Positions 48,449-57,529 of a DNA stretch of 64,000 nucleotides are shown in pieces. The translations under genes and the position numbers were made by a program. Below the pieces are notes generated by a model. It made no database searches, was not told the DNA's origin, and saw only the letters and a list, made by a program, of their open reading frames with translations. This DNA comes from Candidatus Obscuribacteraceae bacterium. Lineage in GTDB: Bacteria; Cyanobacteriota; Vampirovibrionia; Obscuribacterales; Obscuribacteraceae. The DNA is taken from the NCBI GenBank assembly GCA_044226015.1, contig JBGAHS010000001.1, positions 992,001 through 1,056,000 on the forward strand. The letters run 5' to 3'. Each line of letters starts with the position of its first letter. The stretch's first letter is position 1.

Positions 48449-49390
48449 ATGAGCTCAGTCGAAACCACGAGACGCCGATTTCCTCGTATTAGTTCAAATG
48501 CGTTCGAGCATCCCCTCGATCGCGCCGCTCTGGAAGCCCTGCGTAAGGTACCGGTCTTAGACACAGTGCTGAAAAAGTTCATGGAGCTTGGCGTGGAGCG
48601 AATGTTCCGAATCATGCTCATGGGCAATGCAATTCATGTGACGACAAAACAGTGCCACAAAATTCACAGAGTGTTCAAAGAAGCTTGCGACATTCTTGAT
48701 ATGCATGAGCCAGATTTGTTTTTAATGAACAACTTTCAGGTCAACGCCTGGACATTCGGCGTAGAGAGACCATTTATTGTCATGAACTCTGCACTAGTCG
48801 ACCTTCTGACGGAAGAAGAGTTGATGGCTGTTCTAGGTCACGAATTGGGTCACGTAAAAGCTGGACACGTCCTTTATAGAAGCCTTGCCTACTTCCTTCT
48901 GCAGCTCTTGCAGAGTTTCATCGGTATCGCAAGACCTGTTATGGAACTCGTTTTGATTGCCCTATCTGATTGGGCAAGAAAGTCGGAATTGACAGCAGAC
49001 CGTGCGGAGCTTCTTGTAGTTCAGAATGTTGAGACCTGCATCACTCTGCATATGAAACTAGCTGGTGGATCAAAGACAGTTTTCGACCAAACTGACATCA
49101 AAGAATTCTTGCGTCAGGGTGGTTCATATGAAGACTTCGATTACAGCACTCTGAACAAGTTCTACAAGCTCATGTACGAAATGCGCCTGTCGCATCCACT
49201 TCCAATTTACCGAGCTAAGGAAATTAAGCAATGGTCTGAAACCGGACAGTACAAAGAGATTCTGGCTGGGCGATATCCAACCGAGGATAGAGCCGATGAC
49301 CATGGTATTCGCGATTGCCAGCATTGCGGGGCCAAGCTAAGTCCATCGTTCTTCTTCTGTCCAGATTGTGGAAAGAGCGCTCGCGTCTAA
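48449..49390 (+). CDS. M48 family metallopeptidase with a C-terminal zinc ribbon
   Basis: FEHPLDR, GHELGH, ELTADRA, SHP, CQHCG...FCPDCG. Confidence 0.88.
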   Translation: MSSVETTRRRFPRISSNAFEHPLDRAALEALRKVPVLDTVLKKFMELGVERMFRIMLMGNAIHVTTKQCHKIHRVFKEACDILDMHEPDLFLMNNFQVNAWTFGVERPFIVMNSALVDLLTEEELMAVLGHELGHVKAGHVLYRSLAYFLLQLLQSFIGIARPVMELVLIALSDWARKSELTADRAELLVVQNVETCITLHMKLAGGSKTVFDQTDIKEFLRQGGSYEDFDYSTLNKFYKLMYEMRLSHPLPIYRAKEIKQWSETGQYKEILAGRYPTEDRADDHGIRDCQHCGAKLSPSFFFCPDCGKSARV

Positions 49391-49552
49391 GCTTCCTGCT
49401 GGATAGCATAGATCTTGTGGGTCCATCTTATCGCTTCGGTAAATCACCAAATGTGATACCAGTGTCGGCTCATTTCCTAACGAAGCGGCTACTAGCAGAG
49501 CATAAATTTGAAAGGTCCACCAGAAGGTGGACCTTTTCATTCTGAACTCAAG

Positions 49553-50308
49553 TCAAAGAAGTGAATCGTCGGTCTTCATCCTGCCTGGCTGAAAGGAATG
49601 AGGATTGCTGGCAAGAATGGTGAACAATGGTTCGTTCTTTTTCATTTCCCAGAGGAGGTATCCACCGACAAAAGCAAGCTTATTGTCTCCTCTTTCGACC
49701 TTCTTTGGCAGATGCTTCAAATGCCGACTGTTGCCACCACCCATGATGAGATAATCGGCAAGAAATGCCTCTCGAAGTGCTACTGCCAGTCGCTTAGCTC
49801 TGCGGTTCCATTCTTTTTTTCCTACCTTTCTTAATTTTTCTTTGCTGAGAACATCACCTGCCAGGTCGGTATTTCCATAATGGAGCGCCCCTAGCTCGAG
49901 GTTAATCACCATGTGATCTATTATCAATGCTGAGCCCACACCAGTTCCAAATCCCAAATAAAGCATGCGCCCACCACGATAGCTTCCTATGGCTTGGAGA
50001 ACAGCGTCATTCACAACTTTTACCGGCTTATCGAGAGCCTTTTCGAAGTCGAATTTTACCCATCCTTTTCCTAAGTTGAGTGGTTCTTCGAATATTCTAT
50101 TTTCTCGATTGACTCGTCCTGGAAAGCCGATTGAGACGCAGTCATAGTGCCAATCTTCAGGAAGCTCTTCGATTGCTTTTAAGAGGTCTTTCGGAGCAAA
50201 GCTTTTGCCCGTCTCGACTCTTAGCGCCTTTAGCTTTCCGCTAAGCAAAAATTTGCATGTACCGCCTCCAATGTCCACTGAAAGTATTTTCTTTTTCTTT
50301 GATGCCAT
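49553..50308 (-). CDS. ROK family kinase, polyphosphate glucokinase-like
   Basis: VDIGG, SIGFPG, VNDA, GFGTGVGSA, LELG, GGGN; very basic sequence. Confidence 0.8.
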   Translation of the reverse strand: MASKKKKILSVDIGGGTCKFLLSGKLKALRVETGKSFAPKDLLKAIEELPEDWHYDCVSIGFPGRVNRENRIFEEPLNLGKGWVKFDFEKALDKPVKVVNDAVLQAIGSYRGGRMLYLGFGTGVGSALIIDHMVINLELGALHYGNTDLAGDVLSKEKLRKVGKKEWNRRAKRLAVALREAFLADYLIMGGGNSRHLKHLPKKVERGDNKLAFVGGYLLWEMKKNEPLFTILASNPHSFQPGRMKTDDSLL

Positions 50309-50590
50309 GTTGTTTACTCAAGATGATGTCTGCTATTGGCGTGCTCTGAATACTAAAAGTTCCGTGTCTGAAAATGCCTTTTCTGCTTGGTTTAAGCTTT
50401 GGCATTTGCTAAAAGTGGTTTGGTATTTTTCAGATCAAAGCTTTCTTCAATCTTTCATGAATCAGTAAATTCTTTTCTTTTGCTTGTATGTGATACTACT
50501 GGTGGTGGCGTTGGCGTCGTTGATGCCAGCCGGGCTTCAGCAACCACGATTTGGAAGTTTCGGATAAATACTCATTTCATTTTGCAAGCA

Positions 50591-50628
50591 AAACAGAAGA
50601 GGGAGCATTTCTGCTCCCTCTTCTGTTT
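50591..50628 (-). terminator. Rho-independent terminator
   Basis: Perfect 17-bp inverted repeat AAACAGAAGAGGGAGCA-TTTC-TGCTCCCTCTTCTGTTT just after the stop at 50646. Confidence 0.85.
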
Positions 50629-50645
50629 CAATATTCATTGCGTTG

Positions 50646-51146
50646 TTAGTCGCGAGCTTCGCTATCACCATTGTCGCTGGGCTTGCTTGACTTTTCTGAT
50701 TTCAATTCGCCACCACAAAAAGCGCAAAATAGCTTTTCTTGATTGGCAGGCTCATGGCAGTGAGGGCATTCAAATCCAGGTGTTCTTGCATATCCAGCTT
50801 TGCTTTCGCTCTTAGTTCTTCTAGCGGCGTCGGGATCGTGGGCTTCCTCATAAGCTTTCACTTCAGCTCTTACAAGCTCCATCTCTTTTTCAATTTCAGC
50901 GATTTCGGTGGTTTTACGCTTAATCACGTCTTCGCCAACTTCATCGCCTCTTTCGTATTTGTCATAAATCAATTTGCCAAGATTTTCCAGGGCAACAGCT
51001 TTCTTCGCTTCTAAAGATGTGAGGCGGCTTTGCTGGGATGCGTTTTGCATCATCTCTTGAGACTTCTCTTGGACCTTATTAATGGTGTCACCGACCTGCT
51101 TGATTCCGGTATTTACACCCTTAACTACCTCGTCTATAAAACCCAT
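50646..51146 (-). CDS. Coiled-coil protein with a C-terminal zinc ribbon
   Basis: Helical N-terminus with LGKLIY; CPHC...FCAFCG; AGGAG RBS. Confidence 0.8.
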   Translation of the reverse strand: MGFIDEVVKGVNTGIKQVGDTINKVQEKSQEMMQNASQQSRLTSLEAKKAVALENLGKLIYDKYERGDEVGEDVIKRKTTEIAEIEKEMELVRAEVKAYEEAHDPDAARRTKSESKAGYARTPGFECPHCHEPANQEKLFCAFCGGELKSEKSSKPSDNGDSEARD

Positions 51147-51196
51147 TTCGTTATTACTCCTGTCTTGGATTTAGCTGGAACCAGTGCCACCACGCT

Positions 51197-52783
51197 CTAC
51201 GGACCTCCGAGAGTCATATCGTAAACGTAAACCTGATCTCTGCCTTTCTCTTTTGCTTTGTAGAGAGCTTCATCCGCTCTCTTGAACAAGTCGTCGGGGT
51301 CGCTTGCATGCAGAGGAAAGTTTGCAACTCCAATTGACGCTGATATTGTTTTCCCCGTGCTATCGAGAATTGTCTCACTAATCAACTTCCGCACGCGCTC
51401 AGCAATGAGGACTGATTCCTCGAGCAGAGTATTCGGAAGAAGCAGGCAGAACTCTTCACCTCCATAGCGAGCTACGACGTCAATGGATCGGGAAGACCGG
51501 GACAAAACACTCGCTACTGCTTTTATAGCATCATCTCCAGCGGTGTGCCCGAACGTGTCGTTTATTTTCTTCAGGTAGTCCAGGTCAACAACCGCAAGGG
51601 TCATGGGCTCTGCATAACGCCTTGCCCTCTCAAATTCTTTGTAGAAACATTCATTAAAATTACGACGATTGGACACGCCGGTTAAACCGTCTGTCACTGC
51701 CTGAAGTTTCTTTTCTTCATGGAGGTCTGCGTTTTCTACTGCTACGGAAAGATGGTCGGCAAGTGCTCCGAAGAATGTTAGGTCATCGATGCTCCATGGG
51801 CGCGGCATCTTGCAATCTTGCAAGAATATTGCACCGATAGTTCTGTCGCGCATAATTAAGGGAATGATGAGCCCCGAAAGAAAACCAAAGCTGTTCAAAA
51901 ATTCTTTGTCGAAGCCTTGCGATGGTCCGAACTCGCCATCGCCCAATTCGCAGGGAGCAGTCTTGCTCATTATGCTACTAACGAAGGCCTGACCCTGTTC
52001 AGAAAAAAACTTTGATTGAGCTGGTTCGATGCTTGCATTGTTGAACTCATAAACTTGTAAACTTGCTGCCGGTCTCAGTATTAGACATCGGCTCAGGTCA
52101 AACTTCTGTCCGAGGCTATTAACCGAATTTTGCAGAACCTTTTGAATCTCTACCGAGCTGCGCATTGCGCTGGAAATTTCGTAGAGAAGCTTATCGCGCT
52201 CTATAGTGCGGAAGCGCAAAGCGTCTTTAACAGTCAAGTCCTGGATAAGCTTTCTAGTCTGATCTTCGAGATTTGCGTTCTGATCTTCCAGGTCATCGTA
52301 GCGGCTGCGGAGTCTTTCGTTTTCTCTTTTGACTTCTCTGATTTCCCATGCGTTTGATAACGCAGTGTGGAGTGGTAGCTCGTCCAACTTAGCCTTCACT
52401 GCTTCGATGTCAAAGCTCTTACCAGCAAGTAGTAACGCTGCACAGAGCTTTCCATCTTCCTGAATTCTGACATAGACAAGTTCCGTGTCGTCTGGCAGGT
52501 CTTCATCTGTGTCGTACTCTCCGACGGTTTTCTCATCGAATTCGCGGCTCTGTTCGAGTTCTTCGGCGAATTCGTTGCTTATCGATGTAAGAAGTTGCCT
52601 GTTTTGTCCGTAAAAATATTTGTCACTTACCGTCTCAACGTCATTGTCCCAGATAAGTACTGCTAGAGATTCTGGTTTGAAAGCAGATAGGAATTCGTCC
52701 GCAACTGACTCAAGCACCTCATTAAATTCCAGGGTGCCGAGCAATCGGAGATATTTGTTTGTCTGGGTTTTGGTGGATTTCAT
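51197..52783 (-). CDS. GAF-containing diguanylate cyclase
   Basis: GAF (PLIMRDRTIG, RPWS, AVENADL), TDGLTGVSNRR, KKINDTFGH, RSID I-site, RYGGEEF. Confidence 0.92.
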   Translation of the reverse strand: MKSTKTQTNKYLRLLGTLEFNEVLESVADEFLSAFKPESLAVLIWDNDVETVSDKYFYGQNRQLLTSISNEFAEELEQSREFDEKTVGEYDTDEDLPDDTELVYVRIQEDGKLCAALLLAGKSFDIEAVKAKLDELPLHTALSNAWEIREVKRENERLRSRYDDLEDQNANLEDQTRKLIQDLTVKDALRFRTIERDKLLYEISSAMRSSVEIQKVLQNSVNSLGQKFDLSRCLILRPAASLQVYEFNNASIEPAQSKFFSEQGQAFVSSIMSKTAPCELGDGEFGPSQGFDKEFLNSFGFLSGLIIPLIMRDRTIGAIFLQDCKMPRPWSIDDLTFFGALADHLSVAVENADLHEEKKLQAVTDGLTGVSNRRNFNECFYKEFERARRYAEPMTLAVVDLDYLKKINDTFGHTAGDDAIKAVASVLSRSSRSIDVVARYGGEEFCLLLPNTLLEESVLIAERVRKLISETILDSTGKTISASIGVANFPLHASDPDDLFKRADEALYKAKEKGRDQVYVYDMTLGGP

Positions 52784-53250
52784 ATCAGATGTATTCTTCC
52801 CCGTCAGTTATTGCTTATAAACCTCCTGACAACGCCGCTTTGGCTAATTTGTGCGTTTGTTTGCCTCTGTAAATGGGCTTTCTGATGACTTAATGAATCG
52901 AGACGAGTCCAATTCGCTTTCTCTGAAATGATTTTGGGGAATTGGCGAGAGTTTATCTATTTGCGCGGACAGACAGAGCTAAAACCTCCTCGGATTCGTT
53001 TGAGTGAGTGAGCATCCTCTACTCCCGAATCTCCCATAAACTTTGGCCGTAACAAGAGGGTCAGATTCAAAATTGAGGTGTGTTTGGAACAAATTCGGGC
53101 AATTCAATTCAAATTCGATTTGCGTACAAGCCAAAGCTGGAGCCCGGAAGCTGTGGGGCAGCTCCCGGGCGCGGTTCATGCGGTGAAAAAGTCGTAGTGA
53201 GCCGTTCAGCTCTTTGTAATTTCTGAGCTATGACGTGGCGCGGAAAAGGT

Positions 53251-53550
53251 TTATTCGAACTCTTTCATTAGTTTCAGCATCGTATGTCGGCGTTGCTCTC
53301 GAGATAAGTCCGGGGTGTAATGCACAGCGGCCAGCAATTTGCTTGAACTCATTTCTTGCCAGAATTGCTTATTGCTTGTGTATTCTTCATTGTCGAGACA
53401 GTCTTTTACGCAAATTGTTTCGTCTAACTCAATCAGTTCAAACTCGCCTTTTCTTTCAGTGAAGAGCGCATAAATTCCTGCCGCGTCCCTTAAGTCTTCC
53501 GCGTCTGCAAACGGTCCTTCAAATTCCAATGGTCCAATAAAAATTCCCAT
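53251..53550 (-). CDS. Small acidic protein, degenerate GIY-YIG-like
   Basis: FEGPF...AGIYAL present but the YIG element and catalytic Arg are not evident; AGGAG RBS. Confidence 0.55.
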   Translation of the reverse strand: MGIFIGPLEFEGPFADAEDLRDAAGIYALFTERKGEFELIELDETICVKDCLDNEEYTSNKQFWQEMSSSKLLAAVHYTPDLSREQRRHTMLKLMKEFE

Positions 53551-53954
53551 GGGGTACTCCTGCCGTTACGTCTTTAGAGTGCAATTTCGTTGGAAGCTTC
53601 TTCGTTTCGATGCGAATATCTTGCCAGCGAAATACTAAGGAGAGGTTAAAGTAATCTCCTGACTTTTCGTTTTACTAAGATTTTGTTCGCACCGTATGTG
53701 GTGCTTGCCGTTTGGCAGTTCTTGTTTCCATTTTTTGCTCAGCAATCAGTTGTCTTAAGACTGTTCACTGTGCTGTCGGTTACCGAGAGGGGCGCTTCTG
53801 TGAGCCGGTGTTAAACCGAATCTTTACTTTACATATGCATTTCGAAATCAATCTTTACCAGCGGCAGGCCTTATCATCTAATGGCGACCGTAAGTGATGA
53901 AGTTGGGTTCAATTTCATCTATCTCGAAAGTAGTGATCAGAAGGAGCGGGCAGC

Positions 53955-55214
53955 GTGTCTGCAAACAGTGAGACCGAAACTGCCAGCTCAAACCCCTTCT
54001 TCGTTTTGCGGGATGCCAACTCCCAGAAGGTTTTCTGGGGGCAATTGATTTCGCAATCATGCGATAAGCTTCTCTCGGTTGGAATGATTTGGGTTTTAAG
54101 CACCAGATTTAGTCCTAAATGGGTGCCCTGGTTCATCGCGCTTGGAGCTCTGCCACACTTCGTTTTGGCTTTGAAGTCGGGAGATCTTATTGGGCGATGG
54201 GGCACTCTGCGCACTGTTATCTGGACCGATATTCTTCGAGGAATTTTGTTTGTTGGAATTGCAGCATCGATGCCGCTGCTCTCTGATGACAAAGTGCTTT
54301 TGGCGATTTTGATGGCTGCCGCGTTTGTTTCTAATATTGCTGGTGCTCTCTTCAACCCTGCAATTTTGACCCTGCCATTGGAACTAATGCCTGAAGGCGA
54401 GAATCGTGACAAATTGACCGCTTTGATTGATTCTTGTTTTTCCTGGGGTAACGTTTTGGGCCCACTGGTATCAGCGCTCAGTTATGCTTGGGTAGGTCTT
54501 GGGGGAATGCTTGCGTTAAATGGTTTAAGTTACTTCATCTCTGCGGCGTTGGCGCTGACGATTAAACTTCCCAAACTGATTAAGAGCGAGGAAGCAAAGA
54601 AGCAGGAACCTACAGCGAGCGAAGCACCCAAAACGAAGACCACGAAAGAGATTCTGAAAAGTCAACCAGTTATTTCTGGAATGCTTTTCACTTTTTTATT
54701 TATGAACTTCTTTTTGGCGCCTCTCATGATATTCATGCCCTGGTATGCGAAAAATGTGTATAGCGAAGGAATCGCAGCATTAGCAAAACTCGAATTCTCG
54801 CTGGGAATGGGAACTGTTGCAGGTGGTCTTTTGCTTTCTCTCGTCAAACTACCAGGAGCTACTTGGAAGCGTGTGAGCTTATCACTGCTTCTGATGGCAG
54901 TCTCCTATCTTGCATTCACGTTCTCGAAGAACATTTGGATAGCCTGTTCTGCAGTTCTCATGCTTGGGTTCTTTCTTTCGCTTGCAAATGTTGTTTGTTT
55001 GACATTTTTTCAAAGCACGCCTGAAGCCGAAGATGTGCCCAAGGTGATGGGACTTGTAAATTTGATCAGTGTTGCTTCCCTGCCTATCTCCATGGGTGTT
55101 GTGGGAGCGATCATCGAGAGAGTTCTTGTTCCTGATTTCGCCGCTATCTGTGCTGGGCTTGTAATTGGAATCGCACTGTTGATTCCGTTCATTCCTGGAA
55201 TCAGGAGGGTCTAA
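53955..55214 (+). CDS. MFS transporter (macrolide-efflux/EntS-like)
   Basis: About 12 hydrophobic segments; FWGQLIS, ALFNPA, GNVLGP, NGLSY; AAGGAG before GTG. Confidence 0.9.
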   Translation: MSANSETETASSNPFFVLRDANSQKVFWGQLISQSCDKLLSVGMIWVLSTRFSPKWVPWFIALGALPHFVLALKSGDLIGRWGTLRTVIWTDILRGILFVGIAASMPLLSDDKVLLAILMAAAFVSNIAGALFNPAILTLPLELMPEGENRDKLTALIDSCFSWGNVLGPLVSALSYAWVGLGGMLALNGLSYFISAALALTIKLPKLIKSEEAKKQEPTASEAPKTKTTKEILKSQPVISGMLFTFLFMNFFLAPLMIFMPWYAKNVYSEGIAALAKLEFSLGMGTVAGGLLLSLVKLPGATWKRVSLSLLLMAVSYLAFTFSKNIWIACSAVLMLGFFLSLANVVCLTFFQSTPEAEDVPKVMGLVNLISVASLPISMGVVGAIIERVLVPDFAAICAGLVIGIALLIPFIPGIRRV

Positions 55215-55215
55215 C

Positions 55216-56370
55216 ATGCGTATTGTTATCGAAAAACCAGCCCTTGAGGATATCGATGAACTGTTGAAGTTATACTTCATGGTTTACGGACAAAACTATC
55301 CTATTGCGTTAGGTAATAACTCAGAAGCTGCTGCTCAAGCCGTTCTATCTGATGATTATGTTTGGTTGATTGCGCGAGACAGATCTCGCTCGCGTATGAT
55401 AGTCGGTTCTATGGTGTATGAATTAGATCGACTCGACAAAGTGGCAAAAGCGCTAGCTCTGGTCGTTCACCCCGACTACCGTAAAGTCGGAATCGCCTCT
55501 CGCTTGTGTGCCTGGGGCGACAAACTAATCGAAAAAGGTGGACCTTTCAATTCGATTTATACGACGACGCGAACGCAAGGAATTGGTCCGCAGCTAATCT
55601 TTTTGAAGGAAAATTATCTTCCGCTGGGAATTTTTCCGAACGCGCATAAAATAAAGCGGCATGAGACTACAACGCTGTTTGCCAAGTTTCAAGAGGGCGT
55701 GTTAGAAAGACGAGTCGCTACTGAAAAAATCCCTACGCGCTTGGTTCCGCTCTACCAAATAGTTCAGCGGTATTATCCCGGTTTGCAAATTCCTCCAAGT
55801 GAAAATCTGTCAGACAGATCGATCAAAATGCACTCCCCATGGGATACAAGCTTTGAGGCAATCTTTGCACCTCACTATGTGCTTCGAAGGTTTAAGGCTC
55901 AAATTACCGATACCAACGCGCAGTTCTATCCATTCCATTTGCCAAACTTGCTGATAGCTGATGACTCAGGTAAGGTCGAGATTTTTGCTTATTACAACCA
56001 GTTAGACGGTTATTGCACGCTAATTTCATGCAATCAACCGATGTACGCCTTGCACGAAACTTTTCCTTCATTGTTGGAGAAACTTCGTTCGCTCGGAATA
56101 ACTTATGTGGAAGTCTTGATTGGAGCAAACAGATTCGAGTCGCTGGAAGTCTTGATGCGAGCTCAATTCTTGCCCTCGGCTCTTTACCCTGGCATGCGAG
56201 AAATCAATGGCGCCACTTACGACTACGTGATCATGACTCGCACAATGGAACCGCTCGATTTCCGCGGCATGCAGGTCGAGCAAGCTTTCAAACCGTATGT
56301 TGACCAGTATGTTGCTCTCTGGAAGAAAATGCACCTCGATGCCCTGGAGGTCTTTGATGACTACCGCTAG
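55216..56370 (+). CDS. GNAT family acyltransferase with an extended C-terminal domain
   Basis: Motif A LVVHPDYRKVGIASRL; starts 1 nt after the MFS stop. Confidence 0.8.
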   Translation: MRIVIEKPALEDIDELLKLYFMVYGQNYPIALGNNSEAAAQAVLSDDYVWLIARDRSRSRMIVGSMVYELDRLDKVAKALALVVHPDYRKVGIASRLCAWGDKLIEKGGPFNSIYTTTRTQGIGPQLIFLKENYLPLGIFPNAHKIKRHETTTLFAKFQEGVLERRVATEKIPTRLVPLYQIVQRYYPGLQIPPSENLSDRSIKMHSPWDTSFEAIFAPHYVLRRFKAQITDTNAQFYPFHLPNLLIADDSGKVEIFAYYNQLDGYCTLISCNQPMYALHETFPSLLEKLRSLGITYVEVLIGANRFESLEVLMRAQFLPSALYPGMREINGATYDYVIMTRTMEPLDFRGMQVEQAFKPYVDQYVALWKKMHLDALEVFDDYR

Positions 56371-57529
56371 TGTTTTGGTTCCTGATTCAAGTTCACTCCG
56401 AAAAGTGCAGCAGCTCTGCGATATCAGTGAACCATATCTGGTATCAAACGAAGCGGACGCCCTTTTCGTAGAAGCCATGCAAGAAATTGTTGCCTGGCAT
56501 TCTGAAAAAAATGAGTTCTACAGGAAACTACTTGAGCTGAAGCGCTTTGACCCGCACTCATTGAAAAAGGTTGAGGATTGCGCTTCAATTCCTTTCGTGC
56601 TTGCTAATTTCTTCAAGGCACACGAGCAAAAGTCAGTCAGTGAAGACAAAATTTCTGTTCATCTAACTTCGTCCGGCACCACCGGGCAGAAATCTCAGAT
56701 GTTTTTTGACGATTGGACCTTGGGTTCGGCGCAGCGGATGATTGATTTCATATTCGACTTTAATGGTTGGACCAGTGAAAACCCATGCAATTATCTCTTG
56801 TACTCATACGAGACCGAAGCTGATTCAAAGTTAGGTACTGCGTATACTGATAATTTCCTTTGCAAGTACGCGCCCATTAACCGAGTTTTCACCTCGCTTC
56901 GGCTCACGGGCAGTGGAACTCACGAATTTGATATTTTTGGTTGCATTGATAGATTGCGCGAGTTTGAAAAGGATGGTCGTCCTGTCAGAATATTTGGATT
57001 CCCAGCGTTTCTGCATTTTACGCTTGAGAGAATGCGGGCTTTGAAAGTGCCACCACTTAAGTTGTCTGAAGACTCGCTTGTATTCTTAGGTGGCGGCTGG
57101 AAGGGAAATGCGGACAAGGCTATCGATAAATTAGATTTATACCGTCATTGCAACGAGCTTTTGGGAATTCCAGATAAGCGCCTTCGCGATGGTTTTGGCT
57201 CAGTAGAGCATTGTATTCCATACATCGAATGTGAGAACCATCAGTTTCATGTTCCTGTATGGTCGCGAGTTTTTGTTCGCGATTTGAAGACTCTCGAGGC
57301 ACTTCCCTATGGTGAAAAAGGTTTCTTGCATTTTGTGTCCCCCTACATAACATCAGTTCCGGCAGCAAGTGTTTTGATGGGAGATCTTGCCTCTGTGCAT
57401 GAGGCGAAGACCTGCGGCTGTTCCCTAGAAACTCCATATTTCGTGGTTCATGGTCGTGCTGGTTTGTCCCGCAACAAGAGCTGCGCAGTCGCTGCTGCAG
57501 AGCTAATGGGTAAAGGGGGCAAGGTATGA
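56357..57529 (+). CDS. LuxE-like acyl-protein synthetase
   Basis: IPF...FFK, TSSGTTGQKS, GFP, GGGWKG, G.VE, D, GR...KSCA. GGAGG precedes ATG 56357; the track start of 56297 is too early. Confidence 0.85.
   Translation: MTTASVLVPDSSSLRKVQQLCDISEPYLVSNEADALFVEAMQEIVAWHSEKNEFYRKLLELKRFDPHSLKKVEDCASIPFVLANFFKAHEQKSVSEDKISVHLTSSGTTGQKSQMFFDDWTLGSAQRMIDFIFDFNGWTSENPCNYLLYSYETEADSKLGTAYTDNFLCKYAPINRVFTSLRLTGSGTHEFDIFGCIDRLREFEKDGRPVRIFGFPAFLHFTLERMRALKVPPLKLSEDSLVFLGGGWKGNADKAIDKLDLYRHCNELLGIPDKRLRDGFGSVEHCIPYIECENHQFHVPVWSRVFVRDLKTLEALPYGEKGFLHFVSPYITSVPAASVLMGDLASVHEAKTCGCSLETPYFVVHGRAGLSRNKSCAVAAAELMGKGGKV

Noticed and set aside
50334..50580. Minus-strand frame interrupted by two TGA codons (readthrough or alternative code)
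   Set aside because: No recognisable protein, TGA is a normal stop for many genes here, and it lies just past a strong terminator.
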